NCBI GenBank assembly: GCA_036172245.1
Contig: JAYWIR010000007.1
Span: forward strand, 2,108,001 to 2,172,000
Length of the DNA: 64,000 nucleotides
Source: Raillietiella orientalis
Lineage: Eukaryota
Direction of reading: 5' to 3'
Shown: positions 14,563 through 27,300 of the stretch, in pieces
How positions within the stretch are numbered: the stretch's first letter is position 1
Layout: every line of letters begins with the position of its first letter
The notes under the pieces: model-generated
What the model was told of the DNA's origin: nothing
What the model saw: the letters and a program-made list of their open reading frames with translations, nothing else
The model's database searches: none
Position numbers and translations under genes: made by a program

Positions 14563-17500
14563 AACGAGTTTTCGAGTTCATCATCATTGCTGACCCTTAT
14601 CCAGTTCTGCTTGGATAAACAACGTTTCCCAGGTGAATTACCAGTCGCTCACCGCATTTCCGATTTGCGCACTCGGACGCGGTTTCACGCTAAACGTGAG
14701 GGTAAGATCACGCATACATTCTAGCAAGAGGGGCGGGGGGGGGGTAAGGCCAAAATTTTAGAATGGTGTTTCGTTCATAATCATTTTTTAAGGGTATTTT
14801 TGCCGTTAAGGTGTTTTTGTGTGGTAAGCGCTCCGCCATTCTCGAATTTTGTTCGCGGTTTGGTTAACAAACGCTTCCTGTGAAACCCATGTTTTTTTTT
14901 TTTTCATTTTTTAAATACCACACACACACACACAAATGATCATGAGGAATTCACTCAGCCGTAATAAGCTTTTCTAGAACTTTGATGTTAAATTCTGAGA
15001 ATTGAGTGGAGGATTCTTCGGGATCTTTGCACAACTTCGTGAAATTTCGCCTTTTCAAGCACCACTGACTATGATTACGACATGAATTATCGTACCGTAC
15101 GATTTCAATAATAAACCTATTACAATAATATACTTAGCACTGTGACTACATAGCTTGAGTTTTTATGGTTCATTCGAAGTCGAAAAGACAAGTTCATAAA
15201 ATGAAACAAATCGAAAGCACAAAGAAGCTACAAAGAGAAAACAAAGAACGAATTATCAGATCAGTCATGAAGACATGAAGGACCAGGGAGAGGAAGACAG
15301 AAAGACTTGAATCAACATGTGAGAACTAAACATATATCCAATGCCAAACTGCGATTGCTGCTTGATGTTTAGGATTACGAAAGCATCTTTATAAAATGGA
15401 ATAGCCTTCATAGAATGGCAGATTCACAAATGATCCTGCAGATCAGACAGTCGGAAAACAGAAAAGCATTGTAATGTACCATATTTGACACCATGAGCAA
15501 GGCCGAGATTGAAGGATCGATACCAGCATATACATTATTCAGAACAACGTCGATGATTTACGGAAGGCGATTAGAACAGCGTACTTGGACGTAATGAGCT
15601 CAAATTAATGTACATCAGTTTCAATAGTGTCCGAATTTCGACTCTTGCATTGGAAATTCGAATCCAGGCAGCAAACTAATGCCTAACAAGAAAAGAAAAG
15701 GGCTTAATGAGTATTCGTAATCGGTAGAAAAATTATCATATAATTATATCAGGCTTATGTGACAGGTCACGAGTGTGAAGAACGGCAACAACTCTAGAAT
15801 ATTATTAATACCATGATGTTATGATTCTGATAAAATTAGTTTCGTTTGCTTTTGTAACAAGACATAAACATTTGCAAATCAGAAATTCCATTATTTTAAA
15901 AACGAAGTGTCAGTTTACTGTCATCAAAGTTTTACGTGATGAACTCTTAGAAGTGTGTGCTCCATGATAACGTGGTCTACTCAGATTTTGCTCCAGAGGA
16001 GGCTTTACCTCCGGTTATCAAGTAACCCAAGAACTTGTACCTTCTACCATAGAAAAATTTGCCTATTGTTCAGAGAAATAGGTGAACACGCTACCTAGAT
16101 CGTGACAAATTAAATGAGCTCAGTTTGCTACATCGTGGGATGCAACAAACTGAACCAGCAATTCTTCTTCTTGGTTCTCACCGCAAGTCATGAGTCACCA
16201 TCAGAATAGGCGAACCGGCACTCTGTTGAATCCTATTTTCATTTTCGCCAAGATGCCCAAAGCGGACGCCAATATGTCCACAGCTCTTTCGGGAATCGCT
16301 TCTAGTTATCCTTTGCAATCTCTCTAAATATCTTACGCCACGTGAACATTTCTTGAATCTCCATAACGTAACTCAAGGATTTTTCTTTACTGGAGATCAG
16401 ATTGACTTTCTGCTGCAGGGTTTACACCCACGAACACTCGCATTTCACATATCTTCATGAGTAAAATAAATTTTCCGAAGGTACAAATGCCATATGGATT
16501 CTGCTAGTGTTATGAAATAAAAGCATCTGATGCTGCTGTTCGGCACAGTTCTTCGTTAGAAACGGTAACGCAGTTCCCATTGGTGAGGTCAGTGAGATGA
16601 ACTCTCTAAGCAACCAAATGGCATGAAGAGACGTAGTACTAACAGGCATTTTTGTAGGCCACCGTCACGCAATCCCTACCAAATGATTACTTCTTATCGA
16701 ATAGGGTATTAACAAATAATGATGAAATATTCGTGTATGCATGCCTATACAGGAAGCAATCGGAGCGGAAGAGAGCATTTTTTTTGTTTCCAATTTACAC
16801 TTTGTAAAAGCAAATTACGGTTTGGGACGTGCGTTTCCAGGAGCATAATTTAAATCCGTTGGAAATGTTTCTATCAGGGCAGTAACAACTGGTGATGCAA
16901 CGATTGTTCTCTCTCGGATACACAGAGGGAAAGAATGATGCCTGCAAGATTATGGGCTGCTGCCTGAGGTTGCTAATCTTCCGACTGCTTGGGGACATTG
17001 ATTCCTTCTCGGATCCTGAAATTACCTGCAAGAAAAACACGCAGTGAAGATTTCTGAGCCAAGGAACTCGGCGGCCAGCACGAGGACTCGGGCGTTTCCT
17101 CGACTTCCGCTTTACGGCGTTTCACGACGACACCCCTCGCATCTTTCCAGTGACCGATGTCCTGGGAGCCCGGACACGTTATTCGATCCTGACGACCACG
17201 TGCTGATCCACTTGATTCTCACGTGCATTACCCACGGATTCATCTAGAAACAGATTATGATGATCTGTATCGCAAGCTGTTAAGAATACGTGTGAGAGCT
17301 GAGTCACTCCCAGCGAGTCGGCCTTCTACTTTCCGTCTGATACATGCTAAACACGGTGATGTGGATTTTCGGTTCTTTCAGGAGCTGAAAACTCGGATGA
17401 GCAACTGCGAACGGACGAAAGCAACACCGACCATCGTGCTTGCCAACTGCTGCTTATCGGGATCCCCTCAGCACACTTCCTCACAACAGGCAGCAGTAAT

Positions 17501-20500
17501 CGCAGCACTGTACGGCTTGTCGTGGCTGCAATCCGCCGACAGCGGCACCCGCACCTTCCCCTCTTAAGCAACGACTCTGACGCATCAGCATCGACTCCGC
17601 CATCTCGCCGCCTGCGCCAGGGAACGGCTGCAGCACACGAGAGGTGCGACGACGCCAGCAAACGGGTGGGTTGCTGCGGAGCCACTGGCGTGCCTTTCCG
17701 CTCGTTCCTCCGCCGAAGAGATTCGGGCGGCGTTCGCGCCAGGCATTTCGCCACTCCCCACTGCAGCAGCAGCAGCAGCGAGTTCTTCCCAGGGATATTC
17801 GACCACGCGTCCACAGCACGGAGCTGTGGAGGGCCCGTGCCCTCCCAGCACGCGTACGAAGCCGGAACGGCTGCGGCTGCGGGATTTCCACAGAGTTACG
17901 ACCGCTCGCCCCCACCGAAATCCTGGAACGCACCAAACCTCGACCGCGTGTGTTGTGCGCGCTTGGATTGGCTGTTGGGATTCGAAAGTCCCGGGCGAGC
18001 TCCGGTTCCGAGCTCCGAGGAAGATTCGAGAGCCGAGGCGGGCTGTCGGCGCTCTGCAGCCCCTTTTCGCGAGAACACGCTGCCGATCCTTCCACGTGCA
18101 TGAAATGCGAAGTAAGACATCAGCCTCGCTTCCTGCGCAGCATCTGTTTCCATGTGCCACCGAGTGAAGAACGACTTTCGCGAGGCGTTGAGCGCGCACT
18201 CATAAGTATGCGGACGCTGTGCTCACCCAAGGGTGCGCACCGGCGGGGTTTCCCCCCACGGGCTTTACGCATGCCCGCCTGTTTCTAATCAGGCTGCAGA
18301 GACAACCAAAAGGAGCTTCGGAAGCTGCGCGTTTCTCTTGCAAGTGATCTTAGGAATACTGCAAGCCCCATTTTTCACTTTCAGAGAGTTAGAAGCAGAC
18401 CTCGTTTCCAGCCAGGGGGAGAGGGAGAAGACACATTTCTTTTTTCCCTCCCCTTTCCCCCCGCCCCCACTTATTTACATTCATTTAGAGCGGGAGGAAT
18501 TCTTGCCGTGGCAAGCAGACACGGTGAATCCGATGACGCGACTCGAAAAATCTCTGCCGTTCGAACGTCAGCAATGTGGAAATCGAGCCTGGGACCTCCT
18601 GCTTCGAGGCGGTACCGCTTCAACCAGCCCGAGTCTAACACCAGCCTGCATCCTTAAACGGATAAGGACTTTTCGGGTCTGGGGAAGATCATACATTTAC
18701 GATCCGGTCGTCCACGGGAAGAGAAAAAGCTTCCCTTTCGCTGGCGACCTCGGATCACCCATCAAGAAGAGATGGGAAGAAAAAGGCAGAGTCCATTCAG
18801 CACCGAGACTTTCCTTTTCCTCCGAATGAAAGAACAGACCTTCTTACTCCGCTGTCAGTAGCCGAGAAGAACATTTCTTGAGCTCGCTTCTCGGGTCCCC
18901 CCCCTTACTGCTATTGTAAGCTCGGTGGTGACTTTCAGACATTGGAGATTGGGGAGAATATCTGTCACCTTTTATGGAGCATCCATTCGCAAACAGGCGG
19001 TCCTCGATTACAGGTGCAACCTTCTCGAATCCAGCTATCCTCTACCACTGGACACTGACTTGCTATTTCGTCCTAAGGGAATTCCTTCCCCCCCTTCCCC
19101 TTTCGCCTTTTCCCGTCACCGGTCCCATCCTCGGACCTCGGCAGATGCTGCAGGAGCTCCGGAGCTCCCTCGATGGCACGTACGGATGCGAGCTCACGGC
19201 ACGCACGCGGCTCGCATCGGAGCAGCAAAAGGCGAAATCACCGAGTCACGTTTTCCGGCTGAAACTGGTCCTCTGGAAGGTCAAAAGGACTTTTGGCGAC
19301 TTTGGTTGAGATCTCGGTGGAGCGATTCTCACTTCCTTCGCTTTGTTGACTGTTTTCGCGGTTTGTCTTGGAAAAGCACGAATGATTTGCAGAAGGAAGC
19401 AGCGCTACTCCCGTTTCGTTTTTTTTTTTTTTTTTTCTTGCAGTTTTCGCGTTTGCTGACCCTAAAACGAGCGCCGTCGAACTTTCTTGTTCTTCCTTCC
19501 GTAAATCGTCTGGCAGATTGTACGACCACAGTTCAGCGCAGGAAATTTAGAAAAGCAGGAAATGGAGCTGCCCCGTTGTACAGTCAGGAACCCCGAGTCG
19601 GCGTACGCCGAAGGCTCCTGACGTCTATGATCACTCGCGAGAACTAAACTGAGAAAAGCCGCGGCCGGCAGGTGGCACCAAAGACGACAGAGGCGAGGAA
19701 CGCGTCACGTTGGAACGCACGAAGAACTCCCAAAGACGCCCAGGCGCGGAGAGGCACGGTTCGTGCGTCGTGACACGACTCCCACCGCACTGGTCACAGG
19801 CAGTCAGGAACACAGCAAGCGGGGGCTGCCCCCACCTCTCGCAGACGCGCCTTCTTTGGCTTCGAAGTCGCGGAGACGGGACCCGGTCGCGTTCCCGTTA
19901 ACGTCTTGCAGCGCCGCGACGACCCGGCGGATGTAAAGGAAAAAGAGACGAATGCCAAGTTTTCGCAACTGCCAACGAGGAGAGTGCTGGAAATGACGCT
20001 TCAATTCTCATCCTGCAAGGACGAGGAGGGAAACATCCCGGAGGCATAGAAACCTCCTCCGTCAGGGAGCCTTCCGTGGTGCCGGGGGAGAAAGGGAGGG
20101 AGGGGAAGCGGTAAAGAGGAAGTTTTTCTGGGCCACTTGGGAAAGCCAGCCCGCCTGCCTCCTCCTCCTTCCCCGACGAATGAACGGCAGTCGCCCGGCA
20201 GAAAGTCTTCTGGATGAGCACTAAGGGCAAGGGAGGAACCCGCCCTCCCTCCTGCCACCACCAGAACGCGAATCAACGGAGGATGAGGGGGGGAGCTCCC
20301 TTCCTCGTTTTCTTATCTTCCGTCGCGGTGGTCGGTGTGCTGCCGCCGCCAGGGGCGGTGAGATGCAACCTTCCTTCCCGGAGCTAAGCTCCCAGAAGGG
20401 AAGTGGGCACTGCCCTCCAGGTACGCGGAGCGTGAGTGGACGAGGCCGATGCGGTCGGTGGGCTAAGAAGGACCGGAGAATCCGGAAGAGGGCGTTTCTA

Positions 20501-21055
20501 CCCGCCTCTTGAAGTTCGGGTCGTCGTGGCCAAGCCTTCCTGCCCCCAGGGAAGGAAGGAGACGTCAGCGATCTGGGGAGGAGAGTGCTCGCGCAGCGGC
20601 GGACACGGTGGGAAGCGGCACTGGTGGACGCGGTGGTGCAACTTGGCCAGCGACCCAACCCCTCGACTTTTCCCGGCCGCCTCGCCTTAGGAGAGCGAGG
20701 TGACGTAGCCGCCACCTCGCTTCCCTTCACCCCGTGCTGGAGGAGGGGTGTCTGCCCCCAAGTCCAAAACTTCGAGCCGAGGGGTTCCAGCACCGGCGGT
20801 GGGGTGAGCAAAAGCCGTGAGAAAACCCCACCCCGTTCGCTCCCTCCCCTTCTTCGCCTCCCCCAGGACTGGAGTCCAAGACCAGAGGAGAGTGGGTGAG
20901 GAAGGTGGTGCGATTTTGAGGGACGTGCGTCTTTCCTTTAGGGGCGGGGTCCTCCTCCTCCCTCCTTCCCTCTTTTCCTACCCGCTCTCGCTTCCCCGGG
21001 CGAGCGGCCCGCCAGTCCGGGGATGCTGCGGAAGACGACCGGGGAGATGTCTGTG

Positions 21056-21061
21056 TTTATT
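21056..21061 (-). promoter_or_regulatory. Candidate Dscam polyadenylation signal AATAAA
   Basis: tttatt on the + strand about 210 nt downstream of the Dscam stop codon. Confidence 0.4.
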
Positions 21062-21269
21062 TCTGACGTAACGACTCCAATGCAACGAACACGAAAGCGG
21101 GGACGAAGCGGATGGGCGCGGGGAAGCCAGCGGGGCGCGCCCGGAAGCGGGGAACAGTGTAACGGTGGGCGGGATGGGGTTCCACGAGGATAAAGGGGGG
21201 AAGAGCAGGAGGGAGTGGCGGCGGAGCGGAAGGGGTGTCCTCCTTTCCCTCCGAGTCCCTTCCTTCTTC

Positions 21270-21339
21270 TCACACAGCGACCGTGTCGTACGCAGTCAGG
21301 GGTCCTTTCGCGCTGGGGATGACGCAGCCGCCTTCCTTC
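21270..21339 (-). CDS. Dscam1: Dscam last coding exon (KEGGCVIPSAKGPLTAYDTVAV*)
   Basis: catag acceptor; C-terminal YDTVAV resembles the YDTMAV end of insect Dscam1. Confidence 0.88.
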
Positions 21340-24300
21340 CTATGGCGGGAGAGACAAAAAAGAAACGGGGAAGACGGAAGCAGGGCAGAAAGGGAGAGGG
21401 GGAGGTGCGGCGGGGAACAGAGGCCTCCCTCGGGAGGGGGAGAAAGAAGAGGAAAGGGGGGGGGGGGGAAGCGCGCGCCAGCGCTGGCGTCTGCTCACTT
21501 GTCCAGCAGCTTGCGCGTCTCTTCGCTTCCGTTCTCTCCCAGGATGACGTCGCCTTCAGCAGCTGGAAAGCAGAAGGGTCGTCGCACCGATGCCGCGCCC
21601 GATCCCCTCCCCCACAAGCACCTACCTCGGGCCATGTCCTGGTCGCACTCAGTTGCCGAAGACTCAAAGTGGTCCTGCACGTCGCCGTCCGACATCCGCG
21701 GCGGCGGGAGGGGAGCTTCCGGGCTGTTCATCAGGCTATCCGGGGGAGCAGGCAGGGACGTTTCCTGGGACCACTGGGGCGGCGGCGGAGGCTTTCCGTA
21801 GTACTCGGCCTCGTCGTAATACTCGTGGGTGGGGTCGTCGTACTCGGGAGAAAAGGTGGATGCCGCCACGCTTCCGTTGTACACCCGGGTGTAGCGCCCG
21901 TCCACAGGCCGGGGTTGGTGCTATCAGGAAGGGGGAGGAGAGGAAAGGGATGCGTCAGGGTCGTCAGTGCCCAGCGGGACGAGCGTGGGAGGAGCGCCCC
22001 TCCCCTCAAGCTTACGTTGGCCGGGTGCGCCGGATGGTGCAGGTGCCCTCCGTGGGAGAAGTTCGTGCATCCGGGACACTGCGAAGGGTCCATCTCTTCA
22101 CGGAATCCCAAAAGGTGGAAGGTCGCGTACGGACAGATGTCTTCGTCGGGTCCACCTGGAGTGGAGGAAGAAAAAAAAAAAGAGTGGATGAAAAGGAAGG
22201 ATCGGATGGGACTCATCGTTGGGCACGCTGGTGCCGTCGCGACCTCCCCAGGAAGAAGGGAGAGGTCCATCCTCCTAGGGAAGAAGAAAAGGGAAGGAAA
22301 AGAGCCTGCCAGAGTCCTGGCTCCTTCTCCTCTCCCTCCCAGTCACGGCACGCTTGAGCATCTTGGCTCGGCCCGCTGCACCTCCCGGACGCGCGCACGC
22401 ACGTGACGGGGCGGCAGGCGCCCAGTGGCAGAGGCGGCGACCCTGAAGTGCTAACCGGCAGAGATGCAGAGAAGAGGAAGAGCACCACCATGAGGCCGGC
22501 CGGTGTCCGCACCAGGGAGCCTGCGCGGTGACGCCCTGCTTGCCCTCCCTTTTTACCTTTGCAGTAGCACCCCTCGCCGACCGTGTCGTAGTAGCCGTGC
22601 TCGGAAGGGGGTGGCCGCCCGGACTTGCACGTGATCTTCATGCTGCCCTTGCGCGGGTCCCATGTCGCGTGACTGTATCCGACCTTACACCCTAAATCCA
22701 GCAAACAGAAGCAGCTACAGAGGTGGGATCGGCACACCGAAAAGGAGAGGGAAGGGGGGTACGCAGGAACAACTACGATGGCGGCAGCAACGACAACAAA
22801 AAAAAAAAAAGGCACAAGGAAGGGAAAGAGAAGGAAGAAGAGGGGGAAAGCGGGAAAGGAGGAGGAGGACGAAGGGAGGAAGGGAGGGGGGTTACACATG
22901 ACGTCACGACAACATCATAACAGAAAAACTGATGCTGGCAACAGATCGTGCAACCCTCCGGGGGGACCGACTGACCTCTCTTCGCCCTGTCGCAGGTCCC
23001 GTAGTTCATACCGGGAACGGGAGGAAGCTTGCGGTTCGGGGGTGGGATGTAGCCCAGTTCGTCCCGGAGATTGAGGTTCCGCTTCTCGAGGGTCGCCGCC
23101 ACAGTGGAGTGGTTGTAGACGGGATCTTCTGGACGGAACGGAGAGAGGGTTAGTCAGAGCAAGAGAGAGATAGAGAGAGGAGAAGGGGGAGGAGAAATCG
23201 CGGGGCGGGCTCCCCACTCTGGCGGCTCAACGCCTCCCAGGAGTGGCTACCTCTCAGGCGGGAAGAGGAGATGCCGTGACCCCTCCGGGTCACGGCCACG
23301 TAGACCACTGCGATGCCGACTAGGAGCACCACGGTCGTGGCGACCACCGGCACGATGATGTTGAGGTCGAACCACGAGGTCATGGTCGCCAGCCCGCCGC
23401 CGCCTCCGACGTCCCTCTCCCGCGTGGGGGCCACCGTTCCTTGGAGGAGGAGAAAAACGAAGAGGAGGAGGAGGCTCTCACCTTTCTCGCGAGCCATTCT
23501 TCCGCGCAACACGCACACCACCACCAGCGCCACCACAATGACCAGGAGGGCTGCCGCGACGGGCACCACCATGTTCAGGTTCATGTAGAACGGCAGCCTG
23601 TCGCCCTCGCCGCCGCCCACGATGCCCACCACGCCCCTCTCGCGGGCGGAGGACACGGTGCCTGCAAGCAACCAAGCGCCTTTCTGCATGAACCGTGAAC
23701 CACGGCGGGGGGAAGGGGAGGTTGGACGGGGAGGAGCGGGAAGAGAGGGGCGTAGGAAAAGGGAGGAGGGGCGCATGTCGCTGCCAACGACCCGTCCACT
23801 TACCTCCCAGGACCGTGAGAGTGGCGAACTCGAAGTTTCCCACCGCCGAGCCGGCCTTGTTGTGGGCGGTCACCCTCAGGTCGTACCAGGTGGCTGGGAG
23901 CAAATCCAGGACCACGAAGTTGCCTCCTGGTTTCACGTTGCTCGACACAATCGTCCACTCCTGGGTCATCCTGGAATAATAAAACCGGAGGGGAGGAAAG
24001 GAGGCCGGTGACGACTGGGAGGTCGGGGGGAGAGTGAAAACGCCCTCTCGTACTTGGACTTGTACTCGACGATGAAGTAGGACATGGGGCAGCCGCCGTC
24101 AGACCAGGCGCTCAGGTGCAAGGTCACGCTATTGGAGGAGGCCTCAATGAAGTGGTGTGCCTCGGGCAGAGATGGGGGGTCGCCTTTCGTTTTGGTGTTC
24201 TGCACCTCGGACTCCTCGCCGTGACCAATGCTGAAAGAGAAGGGAGGTGGGTGGGGAGGGGAGAAAAAGGCCGAGATGCGAGGATCCGCAGGAGGGAGGA

Positions 24301-27300
24301 GGGGTGAGGCCGTGCGCAGGAGACTCATCCTCCCACCCCCACTCCCACCCCTAAGCGCGTCCGGCACTCGCGAGCGCCAACCAACTTGTTGTAGGCCAGG
24401 ACAGCCACCTGGTAGCGGGTGCCGCACCACAGCCCTTCGAGGGAGTACTCCTGGGTCCCATACGGCAGGCGCTCCTGCTCCCAATCCACGAAGTATTCCG
24501 GCTTGTACTTGAGCACGAAACCGTGGATGGGCGTGGACGCATCCGTGTATGGCTTCAGCTTGATGTGGATCGCGTCCGTCGTGGTGCTGGTGACGAAGAT
24601 CTGAGGCGGGTACGGGGGCGCTGCGGGAGTAACAAGAAGAGAAAGGGAGAGGTGGCTCTCTTTCGACCACATTCCATCCCCCCACCCCCACCCCCCGCCG
24701 GTAGCTGGAGGTCGGCGGAGGGCACTCACAGAGAATGGTCAGGCGGTGGGTCACGGAGTCTTGGCCCAGCAGGTTCTCCGCCTCACAGCGGTACTCCCCG
24801 GCGTCGTCGCGAGTGACTTCGTTCAGCTGCAGGGAACCGTCGGGTAGCACCTTCTTCCTCTCGGACGGGACGAAGGACTTTTGGTTGATGTACCACTTGA
24901 TGTGGGGGTTGCCCACGGCCTGGCACGGGAGCTGGAAGTCCCTGCCGAAGATGGCGGTGAAGGACTGGTCGAAGGAGGCGATTTTGGCGGGAACTGGAAA
25001 GGGGGGGGGGGGAAACCGAGAGATTGAGCGAACGGCGGGGTGGGGTGAGAAGGGTGCGAGCGGGGCAGCGCACCTCGGTTGCTGGTCTGCTGCAAGATGA
25101 CCCTGGACGGCTCCCCTTCTCCCACAGAGCTCGAGGCGGTGACCCAGAACTCGTAACGCGTCCTCTTGGGGAGGCCCGTGACCTGATAGAAGCTCTCGTT
25201 CGATGCCACGCGGACGTTCTGCAAGTTCTGCGGAGGGAGAGGAAAAAAGTGGGAGCAAGGGATGTCCACCCTGCTGACGTCCCTCCCCCCTCCTCCTCAC
25301 CTCCTTCGCCCCCTTCGCTTCCTGGTAGTAAACCTTGTAGTGCGTGATGACTCCGTTGGGGTGCTCTGGGGGCCGCCAGCTCACGAGGATCGAGTCGGCG
25401 GAGAGGACGAGGGCCTTGATCTCGGCCGGCGAGTCCGGAACTGCAAGGAGAGCGGGAAGGTTCGCGGGGCGAGGTGGGGGGGAGGCGAAGGAGGGCAGAG
25501 CGGCGGCGACGGCGGCCGAAAGGGAAGAATCCCCGGGAAGCCGCCGCAGCAGCAGACCCCAGGAGCTGGGCCCTGCCTACCGTCCTGCTCGGTGGTGCAC
25601 ACGATCGTGTCGCTGCGCCGCCCGTCACCGCTGCCGGTGTACGCGAGCACTTCGATGCTGTAGTTGGTGAATTTCTTGAGGCCCTGCAGGATGGCATCGG
25701 TAGTCTGCACATCCAAGACGTCCTTCTGCTTCTCATCTGGGGAGAGGGAAGAGAACAGAGTGGGGGCGCGAAGGTGGGGTGGGAGGCAGCACCCCGCCCT
25801 TCCCCCTTGAGGCCGGGGACGCGTACCATAGGCGACCTCCGAGGGGCTGTAGAAGATCTTGTACCCTCGAATCTCGCCGTTGATGGAGGTCAGGGGCGGA
25901 GAGGCGAACGTGATGCGGAGCGAGTGGGAGGTCAGCACGGTGCAGCTGACGCCTTGGGGGGGCTCCTTGGGGATGCCCTCGGCGGTGAAGACCCTCTTTT
26001 CCTCGGACAGCGGGCCCGGGCCGACCTTGTTGAAGGCCTGCAGGACGATGGCGTACTCCGTGTAGACGCTGCAAGGAGGAAGGAGAATCCGGGGTGCAAA
26101 CGGGGTCCGGGAGGAAGAGGCGCCGCTGCCTGCGCCCCTTTCCCCGCGCGCGCGCGCGCCTCACTTGAGATTGGTGAGCGTCAGCGAGTGCTCCCGGCCG
26201 CTCTCCTTCCGGAACTCTACCGTCTCGAAGAAGTAGTTGTCGCTGCTGCCGGCCTGCTTGTACCCCACGTAGTAGCCCTGGATGTCCCCATTCCAGTCCT
26301 CGCGGGCGGGAGGCTGCCAGAAGACGCGCACGCTGTGCTGGTCCACGGTCTCCAGCCGGATGTCTCGCGGGATGCCTCCGGGAGCTGGGGGGTCGGCCCT
26401 CCTGCGTGATAGCGGCTCCGCGGCTTTACCTTCGCGGCGCGCGCGCTCGTGTCACCTTCGTCCGAGGTGATGATGGTGACCACGTCGGAGGGGTCGCTGG
26501 CGCCGATCTCGTTCGTGGCGACGATGCGGAGGTGGTAGGTGGTCGAGGGCTTCAAGTTGAATACGGTGGCAGCGGACTGCTCCCCCAGGATGGGCACCCT
26601 ATTGCCATCCGCCTCCCACGTCCCTTTGGCGGTCTTGTACTCGATGATGTAGTGCCTCAGCATGGAGTTCCCGTCGTACGGTGCGTTCCAGGACAGCTGG
26701 ACAGAGCGCCCGTTCTTGTTGAGCACTTTGATGCCATAGGGGACCTCGGGGGGTTCTGGAAGTAGAGGCAGCGCTTACGAGGTGTGGAAGAAAAAGTGGG
26801 CAGGGGTCAAGGGGGTGCGAGGAGCTGCGGCGTGCCACCCATGCCCATTCGGCGGAGGAAGGCAAGCAACACGCATCCGCGCGAGGGAGATGGCGGGGGA
26901 GCCGAAGGGAGGGGGGGGGGAGAAAAGGAAACCGGAAGGAAGGGAGGAGGAGGAGGAGGGAGAAGAGGGGGATGACAAGGGGAGGGAGAAGAGGTGGAAG
27001 AGGAGTGCACACCTTGCACGATGAGATTGATGCTGGTGTTGTCACTGCCGAAGGCGTTGGTGGCCACGCACGAGTACACGGCCGAGTCCTCGCGCTCCGC
27101 GTGCTTTATGTTCAGACTGGAGACGACCCTGCTGATCTGGATCTCCTCCCGTATGGTGTTCCTGCAAAGACGACCGGGGTTCGCGGAGTCCCGTTCCGGG
27201 GCGAACCCACCTGAGCTTCATCTCGGCGTCGATCCTCTTGTTGTTCTTGTTCCACAGGATCCCTATGGGGGCCTCCCCCTTGGCATCGCAGACGAGCACC

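Noticed and set aside
15165..18103. Short ORFs (Lys-rich near 15165; 17223-17567; 17522-18103)
   Set aside because: No recognisable homology or consistent splice pattern by eye
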